Shown piece by piece: positions 8,036-16,931 of a stretch of DNA of 64,000 nucleotides. The DNA is from a bacterium (GTDB taxonomy: Bacteria > Patescibacteriota > Minisyncoccia > Phycocordibacterales > Phycocordibacteraceae). Where the stretch lies: the NCBI GenBank assembly GCA_037200965.1, contig JBBCGK010000001.1, positions 896,260-960,259 on the forward strand, given 5' to 3'. A model generated the notes under the pieces. The model was not told the origin of the DNA, ran no database searches, and saw only the letters and a list, made by a program, of their open reading frames with translations. Every line of letters starts with the position of its first letter. Position 1 is the first letter of the stretch. The position numbers and the translations under genes were made by a program.

Positions 8036-10519
8036 GTGCCACGGCACATCCCCGCCCTCTTTGTACGGGAATCAATCATGACCACCGAAACCACAACCAT
8101 TTCACAAAACAAAAAGAACATGAGCCCGCTCGTCACCGGGCTCTTGAGCGTGGTCGCGGTGCTCTCGATCGGCTTCAGTCTCGGCATCGTGACCGGGGTC
8201 GTGAACGTCCCTTTCACCGAAGCCTGCTGCGTTCTACCGCCTCCACCGATCGTCATCCCTCCACCGATCGTCATCCCTCCACCGATCATCCTTATCCCGA
8301 GCTGTTCGCTCGAAGTGGAACCGTCTTCCATACATCCCGGCGAAACCGCGACGCTTTCGTGGACTACCGTGAACGTAACGGGCGCGGAAATCGATCATGA
8401 CATCGGCGAGGTCGATCTCGACGGCACGTACGACGTATCTCCCTCGGAGACGACCGAATACACCATGACGGGCATGGGTCCCGGAGGCGAGACGATATGT
8501 ACCGCAACCGTCGAGGTCATACCGCCTCCTCCCCCCGCTCCTACTTGTACGCTCACCGCATCCCCGGCCTCCTTTACGGGCAGTGGCGTATCGACGCTCA
8601 CATGGACCACCTCGAATGCTACCTCGTTCACCATTAACCACGGCGTCGGTTCGGTAACTCCGGTTGCCAGCGGATCGAAAGTCGCTCCCGCCATAAGCGC
8701 GAATACTACGTATACCGGTACGGTAGAGGGGCCGGACGGGCAGCAGGATACCTGCACCGCAAGCGTCACCGTGACGCCCGTATCGCCTGGCACCCCGGCC
8801 TGTACGCTCACGGCCTCTCCGGCAAGTTTTACCGGCACGAGCGTGCAGCCAACCCTTACCTGGACCACCTCGAACGCAACCTCGTTCACTATTGACCATA
8901 CGATCGGTTCCGTAACGCCGGTGGGAAGCGGCTCGGTCTTGGCTCCCGCCATTACGACCACCACTACCTACACCGGTATCGCTACAGGTCTCGGCGGCAC
9001 TTCGCAGCCGTGTACGGCGACCGTCACGATAACCCTGCCGGGTGCGCCTGCATGTACGCTCACCGCATCCCCGGCCTCCTTTACGGGCAGTGGCGTATCG
9101 ACGCTCACATGGACCACCTCGAATGCTACCTCGTTCACTATTGATCATGCGATCGGCTCGCTTACTCCGGTCGCGGGCGGTTCCACGACGACGCCCAACC
9201 TTACGGCTACCATCACCTACACCGGTATCGCTACCGGTCCTGCAGGCACGTCGCTGCCCTGCACTGTAACTATTACCGTCACGCCATCCACGCCGGGGCT
9301 CGCGTGTACCCTCACCGCAGATCCGACCTCTCTCCCGGAGGGCGGCGGCACTTCGACCCTCACCTGGACTACGACCGGCGCTACGTCTTTCTCTATCGAC
9401 AATACTATCGGTGCGGTATCTCCTCTGTCCGGCGGTTCCACGACGACGCCGAAGATCACGGACGACACGACGTTCACCGGCACGGTAACCGGTCCTGCCG
9501 GAACCAATAGTTGTACCGCGCAAATCACGGTCGCCGCCAAACCGAGCTGTACGAGCGGTTGCGGAGGGGGCGGAGGAGGAGGGGGCGGCGGCGGTCGCCG
9601 TGTCAGCCGTCCGCACGTGACGCTTGATGTCCTCAAGCAGCCGGATGTCGAACCGCTCGCCTTCGTCTATCTTTCGCAAATTCCCTATACCGGCCTCGAT
9701 CTCGGGCCTGTCGGCACCGTCGCATACTGGGTCGCGCTCGTCGCATGGAGCCTCGCGGTCGCGTATCTTGCGCTCTTCATCCTCCTGCCGTATCTCAGGC
9801 GCCGCATGCAGCGGTTTGCGGAGGCCGTAACCGAGACGCTGAACGCCGAGCAGCTTGCACCCGAAACCGCCCCGGCATATCGTCCGGAGCCCGCCAAAGC
9901 CCCGGTCATGCGCGCGTCCGCAGCGCAGAACGCCGCTCGCGGGTACTCCACGTACGACGGATTCCGTTCGTTCGCGAAGTCCGGCAGCCTCTCGATCGAC
10001 GATATCGTGAAGGGTCTTGCGCGCGAGTCCGCGCCCGACGACGCGGTCGTACATTCCGAGCGCATCGTGGCCCGCGCCCAGAAGACGGAGCCGATCTATG
10101 AGAGCGTCGAGCCTATCTATGGAAATGTCGAACCGGTGCATTCGAGCGCGGCACCCGCTCGCCAGGCACCGCAGGCAAACGCGGCCCCGGTGCATCCTGA
10201 GGTGCCGGGCTTCATCGAAGCCCTTCTTAAGGGCGAGCGGGAAGTGGTATTCGGCGCCGTCCGCGCTACGGTCCGCGCCGGGGGAGACGCCGAAGCGTTC
10301 CTCACCCAGGTCGTCTGCGCGCTTGATGACGCGTACCGCGCGCGTACGGAAGGCACGCCGGTGCATCCGGAGGTGGCGCGCATCACGAACGATTGCGCGA
10401 CCTCCTTCCTCGAACGCCTCGTGACCTCGCTTTCGACTGCAGTCGACTCAAGCTACTCGCAGGGCATCACGGGCGCGAAGCTCGCGCTCACCAGGGCGCT
10501 TGCCGTTACGGGAGCGTAA
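8036..10519 (+). CDS. Large surface protein with five tandem Ig-like repeats, poly-Gly tract, internal sortase-signal-like TM segment and C-terminal domain of unknown function
   Basis: 827 aa. N-terminal TM, then a PPPIVI proline repeat. Five repeats of about 85 aa follow (CTLTASPASFTG...TWTTSNATSFTI.H.IGSVTPV...TYTG...CTATVTV), then G13. The segment LSQIPYTGLDLGPVG-hydrophobic helix-RRR is followed by about 250 aa. Start could alternatively be 8078 or 8120. Confidence 0.75.
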   Translation: MPRHIPALFVRESIMTTETTTISQNKKNMSPLVTGLLSVVAVLSIGFSLGIVTGVVNVPFTEACCVLPPPPIVIPPPIVIPPPIILIPSCSLEVEPSSIHPGETATLSWTTVNVTGAEIDHDIGEVDLDGTYDVSPSETTEYTMTGMGPGGETICTATVEVIPPPPPAPTCTLTASPASFTGSGVSTLTWTTSNATSFTINHGVGSVTPVASGSKVAPAISANTTYTGTVEGPDGQQDTCTASVTVTPVSPGTPACTLTASPASFTGTSVQPTLTWTTSNATSFTIDHTIGSVTPVGSGSVLAPAITTTTTYTGIATGLGGTSQPCTATVTITLPGAPACTLTASPASFTGSGVSTLTWTTSNATSFTIDHAIGSLTPVAGGSTTTPNLTATITYTGIATGPAGTSLPCTVTITVTPSTPGLACTLTADPTSLPEGGGTSTLTWTTTGATSFSIDNTIGAVSPLSGGSTTTPKITDDTTFTGTVTGPAGTNSCTAQITVAAKPSCTSGCGGGGGGGGGGGRRVSRPHVTLDVLKQPDVEPLAFVYLSQIPYTGLDLGPVGTVAYWVALVAWSLAVAYLALFILLPYLRRRMQRFAEAVTETLNAEQLAPETAPAYRPEPAKAPVMRASAAQNAARGYSTYDGFRSFAKSGSLSIDDIVKGLARESAPDDAVVHSERIVARAQKTEPIYESVEPIYGNVEPVHSSAAPARQAPQANAAPVHPEVPGFIEALLKGEREVVFGAVRATVRAGGDAEAFLTQVVCALDDAYRARTEGTPVHPEVARITNDCATSFLERLVTSLSTAVDSSYSQGITGAKLALTRALAVTGA
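8235..8297 (+). repeat. 21-bp tandem repeat (about 3 copies) encoding PPPIVI motif
   Basis: ccaccgatcgtcatccctcca repeats directly, with a variant third copy. Confidence 0.5.
8305..9545 (+). repeat. Five tandem coding repeats of about 250-255 bp; copies at about 8536-8660 and 9055-9170 are nearly identical at DNA level
   Basis: The 100+ bp stretch tgtacgctcaccgcatccccggcctcctttacgggcagtggcgtatcgacgctcacatggaccacctcgaatgctacctcgttcac occurs twice, near 8541 and 9061. Diverged copies lie near 8800 and 9300. Confidence 0.7.
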
Positions 10520-10532
10520 TCGGATTTAATAA

Positions 10533-10578
10533 AAAGAAGAACACCGGCGGACGAAATCCGCCGGTGTTCTTCTTTTGC
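10533..10578. terminator. Bidirectional intrinsic terminator between the surface-protein gene (+) and thrS (-)
   Basis: 18-bp perfect stem aagaagaacaccggcgga/tccgccggtgttcttctt with loop cgaaa. T/A-runs lie on both sides. Confidence 0.7.
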
Positions 10579-10582
10579 GCGT

Positions 10583-12346
10583 TTAAGAACGCGTTTTGAT
10601 TTCCCTGAGCGCTTTCGCGGCAAAATCTGCCTGCTGCATCGCGTCGAGCTTGCCGTGGTCCCGGCTTTCAACAGAAACCGTACCAGATTCTTGTTCTTTG
10701 TCGCCGACGACAAGTACGTACGGAACCTTCTCGAGTTTTGCCGCGCGCACTTTCTTGCCGAGGGACTCGTTCGACGAATCTGCCTCCGCGCGGATATCGG
10801 CTGCCTTGAGCGTTGCCAGAACCTCTCTGGCATATCCGTCATGCTTCTCCGAAACCGGAAGCACCTTCACCTGCACGGGCGAGAGCCAGAGCGGAAAAGC
10901 TCCGCCGAAATGCTCGATCAGGAAACCGAAGACACGCTCCAAGCTGCCGATCGTAGAACGATGGATCATGACCGGTCGTTTCTTTTGTCCGTCCGCGTCT
11001 ATGTATTCGATATCGAATTTTTGGGGAAGCAGGAAATCCATCTGGGCAGTAAAAAGAGTATCCTCTTTGCCGTTCACGTTTTTTGCCTGCACGTCGAGCT
11101 TCGGGCCGTAAAAAGCGGCCTCGTCTTCCGCCTCGACATACGGAAGCCCGAGTTCATCGAGCGCTTCTTTCATAAGTCCCTCTGCAAGATTCCAGAGATC
11201 GTCGTCGGGATAATATTTTTCCTTGTTATCAGCATCCCGCTTCGAGAAGCGATATGAGACGACATCGATAAGACCAAGGCCTTTCATTCCCTCGACGATC
11301 ATCGTGCATACGCTCTTGAATTCCTCCTTGAGCCCTTCCCGGGTTACGAAAATATGTCCGTCGGTAAGCTGGAACTTGCGGACACGGATCATGCCCATGA
11401 GCTCTCCCGATTTCTCATATCGGTTATAGTCGGCTATTTCCGCGTAACGCACGGGCAGATCCTTATAGCTCCACTGTTTTCTCTGGAACATCCGAATATG
11501 ATGGGGGCACGCCATCGGGCGCAGGTAGAACTTGTCCCCGTCCATGTCGATAGGCGCATACATATTGTGCGCGTAATGGTCGAGGTGTCCTGAAATACGA
11601 TACAGCTCCTCGCCTCCGAGATATGGCGTCGACACATGCTCATAGCCATATTTGCGTTCGAGTTCCCGTGCGAAGTTCTCCATTTCGAATTTCACCGCAG
11701 TGCCCTTCGGCGTCCACAAAGGAAGGCCTTTGCCGACTTTTTCATCGATCAAAAAGAGGTCCAGCTCGCGGCCAAGCCTCTTATGATCGCGCTTCTCCGC
11801 CTCCTCTCTTCGCATACGATAGGCCTCCAAGTCCTCTTTAGTCTCAAACGCGAGCCCGTAGATGCGGGTCAGCTGCGCGTTCTTCTCGCTACCGCGCCAG
11901 TACGCGCCTGCAATACGGTCGAGGGCGAACGACTCGGGGGCGATCTCCTGTGCCGGGTTATCTGCCTGACCGCCACGGCAAAGATCCGAATACGCGCCGG
12001 AAGTATAAAATGAAACCTTCTGTCCGTCGGCGGTAAATTCGTCGATCAGTTCCTGTTTATAGGGATTCCCCGGGTACTGCGCCTTCGCTTCCTCGGCCGA
12101 AAGTTCCGAACGCGTGAATGAGGTCCAGGTCGGAAGCAGTCTGCGCATGACTTTCTCGATCTCGGGAAAATCCTTCTCCGATATCGGTTTCGAAAATTCG
12201 AAATCGAAATAGAAGCCGGTATCGATCGCAGGGCCGATAGTCCGCTTGGTGTCCGGCCACAGTTCCATGACCGCGGCGGCCAGGAGATGCGCAAGCGTAT
12301 GCCGTTTTTCTTCAAGCGTTGCCATAGGATATAGAGAATAGCACAC
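10583..12346 (-). CDS. thrS: Threonine--tRNA ligase (short form lacking N-terminal TGS/editing extension)
   Basis: 587 aa with class II aaRS core and anticodon-binding domain (HRSTIGSLERVFGFLIEHFGGAFPLWLSPVQVKVLPVSE...). GTG at 12346 or ATG at 12325. Lies immediately downstream of dnaE. Confidence 0.9.
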   Translation of the reverse strand: MCYSLYPMATLEEKRHTLAHLLAAAVMELWPDTKRTIGPAIDTGFYFDFEFSKPISEKDFPEIEKVMRRLLPTWTSFTRSELSAEEAKAQYPGNPYKQELIDEFTADGQKVSFYTSGAYSDLCRGGQADNPAQEIAPESFALDRIAGAYWRGSEKNAQLTRIYGLAFETKEDLEAYRMRREEAEKRDHKRLGRELDLFLIDEKVGKGLPLWTPKGTAVKFEMENFARELERKYGYEHVSTPYLGGEELYRISGHLDHYAHNMYAPIDMDGDKFYLRPMACPHHIRMFQRKQWSYKDLPVRYAEIADYNRYEKSGELMGMIRVRKFQLTDGHIFVTREGLKEEFKSVCTMIVEGMKGLGLIDVVSYRFSKRDADNKEKYYPDDDLWNLAEGLMKEALDELGLPYVEAEDEAAFYGPKLDVQAKNVNGKEDTLFTAQMDFLLPQKFDIEYIDADGQKKRPVMIHRSTIGSLERVFGFLIEHFGGAFPLWLSPVQVKVLPVSEKHDGYAREVLATLKAADIRAEADSSNESLGKKVRAAKLEKVPYVLVVGDKEQESGTVSVESRDHGKLDAMQQADFAAKALREIKTRS

Positions 12347-15300
12347 CTAGAGCGCCTTCAGGTTCTCGATCGCGAGCGTGGTCTCGCCGTTTCTGAGGGA
12401 CACCTTTGCTTTTATAAGAACGCATTTGCCGGGAACGATGAGCCCCTGGTGTTCCTTGAAAAGCTTCGGGAAGACGACCGATTCGATCGAGGCGGTCTTG
12501 TCGGCAAGCTTCACGAACGACATCTTGTCGCCGTTTTTCGTGAGCATCGTCTTTATCTCTTCGATAAGGGCCGGAAGGATGACCGGAAGGCCTTGCTGTG
12601 GGTTTTCCTTGAGCGATCCGATCGTGAACTTGGCCTGGCCGAGCTTCTCGTCGTGCGCGTCAAGCGGATGGCCCGAGACGTAGATACCGAGCAGTTCTTT
12701 TTCCCATTCGAGCTTTTGTGCGACCGAGACATCCTCGGCTGGCTTAAGGACGAGCGCGGCGGAGTTTGCAAGCGAAGCGCCGAAGAGCGAATCCTGCGGC
12801 GCTGCGGCAGTCGCATCGCGGTGAAAGAGCAGCAGGTGCTCTATATTCGCGAGAAGCTCTCCGCGGCTGCCGAATCGGTCGAGCGCGCCGCAGCGTATAA
12901 GCGACTCGAGAGACTTGCGGTTAAGGTTTCTCGAGCCGACGCGGGAGAGAAAGCCGGTGAGGTCCTTGAACGGTCCGTGCGCGTTCCGCTCGTCAAGAAT
13001 CGCTCCGGCTATGCCGTCACCGAAATTTTTGATTGATGAGAGGCCGAAGCGGATGCTGTCTTTCGCGCCGCCCACGACCGTAAAGGTGGTGCCGCTTTCG
13101 TTTATGTCCGGCGGAAGGACGGGTATCTTCATGCGCTCGCATTCGGCGGCGAGTATCGCGATCTGCTCGGTGTCGCCCGCGTCGGCGGTCAAAAGCGCCG
13201 CCATGTATTCGACGGGGTAGTTCGCTTTCATGTACGAGGTCTGGTACGCGACCTTGCCGTAGCTTGCCGCATGCGCCTTGCCGAAGCCGTAGGCGGCGAA
13301 CGGCTCGATGAGCTTCCAGAGCTTTTCCGCCTTCGCTTCCGTGAGCTTGCCGAACTCCTGGAACCCCTTGGTGAGCTTCTCCTTCTCCTTCTCCATGATT
13401 TCCGGAATCTTCTTGCCCATCGCCTTGCGGAGCGCGTCGGCCGTAAGCCAGGAGTAGCCGCCGAGCTTTATCGCCGTCAGAAGCACGTCGTCCTGGTACA
13501 CCAGGAGCCCGTACGACGCATCCAGGTATTCCTTCATGCGCTCGTCAAGGTACGTGATCATTTTCGGATTGCTCTTGCGCTCGATATAGGAGGGGATGGA
13601 TTCCATCGGTCCCGGGCGGTAGAGCGCGACCATGGCGTTGATGTCGTGGATGGTAGTCGGCTTGAGCTCCTTCAAATAGCGCGTCATACCCGAGCCGTTC
13701 AATTGGAACGTGCCTTCGGTCTCGCCGCGGGCGAGCATGGCGAAGGTCTTCGGGTCGTCAAGCGGCACCGCCTCGATGTCGATATAGATGCCTTTGCTTT
13801 CCCGCACGCGCTCGACGGAGTCCGCGAGGATGGCGAGGTTCTTGATGCCGAGGAAGTCGAACTTCAAAAGCCCCGCGTCCTCGATGGAATGCATGTCGTA
13901 CTGCGTGATCAGCTTGCCGCCCTTGGGGTCGAACTGGAGCGCGGTCCATTCGGTAAGCGGAGTGGGTGCGATCACGACGCCCGCCGCGTGCACGCCGGTA
14001 TGCCGCACGCAGCCTTCGATCCGGCGGGCGAGATCGAGTATTTCGTGCGAGTCCTCGTCTTCCTCGTAGAGGCTCTTGAGGTCGGGCTCGAGCTCGAACG
14101 CCCGGTCGATCGTCATGGGGAATCCTTGCGAGCCGATCGGGATGAGTTTCGCGATGCGGTCACCGGTGCCGTATGCATGTCCGAGCGCGCGCGCGACATC
14201 GCGGACCGCGGCGCGGGCCATCATGGTGCCGAAGGTGCCGATCTGCGCGACGCGGTCGTCGCCATATTTTGATTTCGCATACGCGATCATCTCGTCGCGT
14301 CGATTGTCGGCGAAGTCCATGTCGATGTCCGGCGCGGACGGGCGCTCGGGATTGAGAAAGCGCTCGAAGGGGATTTTGTAGGCGAGCGCGTCCACGTTCG
14401 TGATCCCGGCAAGGTACGTCACCATCGATCCCGCGACCGATCCGCGGATCGTCGTCAGGATGCTGTTCTTATGGGCGAAATCCAGGAGGTCGGATACGAC
14501 GAGGAAGTACGGCGCGTATCCCTTGTCGCCGATGATCTTGAGCTCGTATTCGACGCGTTCAAGGAGCTCCGGCGTGGCCGTAAGCCCTCTTCTTGGTATT
14601 CCGGCGAACGTCTTCGCGCGCAGCTCCTCATCGTGCGTTTTGAACCCCTCGCCGACCGCAAGGTCGGGGAACACCCATTTGCCGAGCTCGAAAACGACAT
14701 TGCAGCGGTCCGCGATTTCCTTCGACCGGTCGACCGCCTCGGGCATGTCCTTGAAGTACGCGAGCGCCTGCTTTTCGCTTATGAAAGAGAAGTCCTCGAC
14801 TTCATTGCTCCGGTTGCCGCCCCCGCCGTGCTGGATCCTCCGCATCACCTCGCACGCTTCCCGGTCGTCGGGGGAGAGATAATACACGTCGTGCTGCGCG
14901 ACGACCGGCACGCCGGAGGATTTCGAGAGTTCGACGATCCGCTTCATCTTTTCCTGGTGTCCGGCGGCCTTGGGGTGGTACGTGACTTCGAGGAAGACGT
15001 TGTCCTTGCCGAACATGCTCACGTATTCGGCAAGCGTCGCGGCCGCCGCCTCCGTCTGTCCCGCGCCAAGGAGCTTCGCGACGTCTCCGGCAAATGAGGG
15101 AATGATGGCGATAAGCCCGCCCGGGTGCTTTTTAAGAAGCTCCTTGTCCATGCGGGGCCGTTCGTTGAAGCCTTCGGTGAAGGACTTGGTGACGAGCTTG
15201 AGGAGATTCTTATAGCCGTCGTTATTTTCCGCGAGGAGCACGAGCCGGGAGCGGTGTTCGTTTTGCCCCTTATCAAAGCGCGAACCGTGCGCAAGGTATG

Positions 15301-15514
15301 CGTCGACGCCGATAATGGGTTTCAGCTCCGCTTTTTTCGCCTCCTTATAGAATTCGATCGCGCCGTGGAGATTTCCCGAGTCGGTGAGCGCGAGCGCTTC
15401 CATGCCTTCCTTTTTCGCGGCACCCACAAGCTCGTCGATCTTCGGGAGTGCCTGGAGGAAGGAGTAGTGGCTGTGGGCGTGGAGATGGATAAAGCGACTC
15501 ATGACGTACAGCAT
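12347..15514 (-). CDS. dnaE: DNA polymerase III alpha subunit
   Basis: N-terminal PHP domain FIHLHAHSHYSFLQA, then polymerase core, fingers and a C-terminal OB region. About 1051-1055 aa; start 15514 or 15502. Confidence 0.9.
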   Translation of the reverse strand: MLYVMSRFIHLHAHSHYSFLQALPKIDELVGAAKKEGMEALALTDSGNLHGAIEFYKEAKKAELKPIIGVDAYLAHGSRFDKGQNEHRSRLVLLAENNDGYKNLLKLVTKSFTEGFNERPRMDKELLKKHPGGLIAIIPSFAGDVAKLLGAGQTEAAAATLAEYVSMFGKDNVFLEVTYHPKAAGHQEKMKRIVELSKSSGVPVVAQHDVYYLSPDDREACEVMRRIQHGGGGNRSNEVEDFSFISEKQALAYFKDMPEAVDRSKEIADRCNVVFELGKWVFPDLAVGEGFKTHDEELRAKTFAGIPRRGLTATPELLERVEYELKIIGDKGYAPYFLVVSDLLDFAHKNSILTTIRGSVAGSMVTYLAGITNVDALAYKIPFERFLNPERPSAPDIDMDFADNRRDEMIAYAKSKYGDDRVAQIGTFGTMMARAAVRDVARALGHAYGTGDRIAKLIPIGSQGFPMTIDRAFELEPDLKSLYEEDEDSHEILDLARRIEGCVRHTGVHAAGVVIAPTPLTEWTALQFDPKGGKLITQYDMHSIEDAGLLKFDFLGIKNLAILADSVERVRESKGIYIDIEAVPLDDPKTFAMLARGETEGTFQLNGSGMTRYLKELKPTTIHDINAMVALYRPGPMESIPSYIERKSNPKMITYLDERMKEYLDASYGLLVYQDDVLLTAIKLGGYSWLTADALRKAMGKKIPEIMEKEKEKLTKGFQEFGKLTEAKAEKLWKLIEPFAAYGFGKAHAASYGKVAYQTSYMKANYPVEYMAALLTADAGDTEQIAILAAECERMKIPVLPPDINESGTTFTVVGGAKDSIRFGLSSIKNFGDGIAGAILDERNAHGPFKDLTGFLSRVGSRNLNRKSLESLIRCGALDRFGSRGELLANIEHLLLFHRDATAAAPQDSLFGASLANSAALVLKPAEDVSVAQKLEWEKELLGIYVSGHPLDAHDEKLGQAKFTIGSLKENPQQGLPVILPALIEEIKTMLTKNGDKMSFVKLADKTASIESVVFPKLFKEHQGLIVPGKCVLIKAKVSLRNGETTLAIENLKAL

Positions 15515-15536
15515 ACCAAGCTGCTATGCTTCGTGC

Positions 15537-16133
15537 ATGCAAACGATTCTCGGCGTCGACGAGGCGGGACGCGGCCCGCTCGCGGGCCCGGTGGCAGTCG
15601 GCGTGGTGGCGATAGCGGAAGGATTCGACCTTGTGGCGGCGTTCCCGGGATTGAACGATTCCAAAAAGCTAAGCGAGAAGAACCGCGAGCGGATTTTCGC
15701 ATTGCTCGAGAAGACCGCGGAAGTGCGCTATGCGGTCGAGTTTGCGGATGCGCGCGTGATAGATGCGGAAGGCATAAGCAAGGCGATACGGGATGCCCTC
15801 TCGCGCGGAGTACGGGCTCTCGTTCCTGATCCGTCCGATGTCTCTGTCTTTCTCGACGGTTCTCTCAAAGCGCCAGCGGAATATGCGCAAGAAACCGTTA
15901 TCGGAGGAGACGGAACGATACCCGCCATTATGCTCGCTTCGGTCGCAGCGAAGGTGGCGCGCGACCGGCTGATGCGCGAGCTTGCGAAGAAGTATCCGTC
16001 GTACGGTTTCGAGAAGCATAAGGGGTACGGGACGGCCGCCCACTATGCGGCGCTTCGTACACACGGCCCCTGCGAAATCCACCGCCATACTTTTCTGCAC
16101 CTTGATCGGGCGAGCGGTACCAGGTATGGTTAA
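15537..16133 (+). CDS. rnhB: Ribonuclease HII
   Basis: MQTILGVDEAGRGPLAGPVAVGVVAI carries the DEAGRG catalytic motif. Divergent from dnaE with only about 20-35 bp between the starts. Confidence 0.85.
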   Translation: MQTILGVDEAGRGPLAGPVAVGVVAIAEGFDLVAAFPGLNDSKKLSEKNRERIFALLEKTAEVRYAVEFADARVIDAEGISKAIRDALSRGVRALVPDPSDVSVFLDGSLKAPAEYAQETVIGGDGTIPAIMLASVAAKVARDRLMRELAKKYPSYGFEKHKGYGTAAHYAALRTHGPCEIHRHTFLHLDRASGTRYG

Positions 16134-16191
16134 CAATTGTCCGGGCATCTGCGTCCGGACTCGACAATTTGCACCTTCAGGGAGTTGAACC

Positions 16192-16425
16192 ATGGGCGCA
16201 CAGCCATGGAGTGGAGAGACGAGTGTTCAACAAGAAAACGGCTCATTGACGTTCCGTTTGGAGTTGGCGAGTTTTCATGTGTGCAGCGTCTGTACCTGCG
16301 CGCGCGAGTTATTCGCATCGGACGGAATCAATGAACCTGCCGTCGACTGCGCCAAAAGGAAACAGAGGGTTCCGCGAAGCATCGCGAATCTGTGTCCGGG
16401 GCCTCTCGAGGCCGTAGCGGTATAA
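16192..16425 (+). CDS. Candidate small Cys-containing protein (77 aa)
   Basis: AGGGAG lies 8 nt upstream of ATG 16192. Cys cluster CSVCTC plus two more Cys. A terminator-like hairpin follows 25 nt downstream of the stop. No homology recognised. Confidence 0.3.
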   Translation: MGAQPWSGETSVQQENGSLTFRLELASFHVCSVCTCARELFASDGINEPAVDCAKRKQRVPRSIANLCPGPLEAVAV

Positions 16426-16450
16426 GCCGCCTTCGCAAAGCGAACTGATG

Positions 16451-16494
16451 CCGCCGAAAGCCCCCAGGGGTTCTCGGCGGTGTTTGCTTTTTAT
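16451..16494 (+). terminator. Nested GC hairpin plus T-run upstream of rpmF
   Basis: ccgccga-aagcccccaggggttc-tcggcgg, followed by TGTTTGCTTTTTAT. Confidence 0.45.
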
Positions 16495-16518
16495 ACCGAT
16501 TCTGGTAGCTTGAAGCGC

Positions 16519-16848
16519 ATGTCGATACGAATGCGCCACACCAGTTCGCACACCAAAAACCGCCGGAGCCACCATGCGCTCAAGACCCTTACCGTCCTTA
16601 AGGACAAGGAGACGGGCGCGCTTCGCCTTCCGCACCGCGTCGACGAAGCGACGGGCATGTACCGCGGCAAGCAGATTTTCGCCGCGAAAGTGAAGGCGGT
16701 TAAGACGGACAAGACCGCAAAGAAAACCGACCATCCGAAGGACCACGTGCACGACAGCGAGGCGGCGAAGCAGACCAAGACTTCGGTACTCGAAAAGTTT
16801 TCGGTTTCCCGACCGCGCTCGAGAAGCGGAATGGGCGGAGGAGCGTAA
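16519..16848 (+). CDS. rpmF: 50S ribosomal protein bL32, Cys-less with Lys-rich C-terminal extension
   Basis: MSIRMRHTSSHTKNRRSHHALK...TGALRLPHRVDEATGMYRGKQI aligns with E. coli L32 (RSKRGMRRSHDAL...[21 protein letters not shown]). No zinc-ribbon cysteines are present. A C-terminal tail of about 55 aa is K/T/D-rich. Confidence 0.75.
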   Translation: MSIRMRHTSSHTKNRRSHHALKTLTVLKDKETGALRLPHRVDEATGMYRGKQIFAAKVKAVKTDKTAKKTDHPKDHVHDSEAAKQTKTSVLEKFSVSRPRSRSGMGGGA

Positions 16849-16931
16849 GCTCCGCATTGTGCACAGGAGAAACCGCCGCGCCCTTGCGCGGCGGTTTGCG
16901 CTTGCTACGATACCTGTGTTGTTCATTCGAT

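Noticed and set aside
7228-8331. Long minus-strand ORFs (7228..8331, 8234..10366, 2361..3299, 13271..14272, 20432..21541, 20680..21666, 24205..25320, 29596..32313, 33041..36313, 38009..38680, 39307..40272 and similar)
   Set aside because: They lie antisense to well-supported conserved genes (gyrB, dnaE, smc, rnr, rpoB, rpoC, dnaG, rpoD and the surface protein). Their translations are low-complexity and Arg/Ala/Gly-rich, typical of stop-codon-poor shadow frames in high-GC DNA.
16857-16931. N-terminal extension of the nusB ORF (MCTGETAAPLRGGLRLLRYLCCSFD)
   Set aside because: The canonical NusB N-terminus begins at MANRHLARS (16932); the upstream extension has no RBS logic and overlaps the rpmF tail region.
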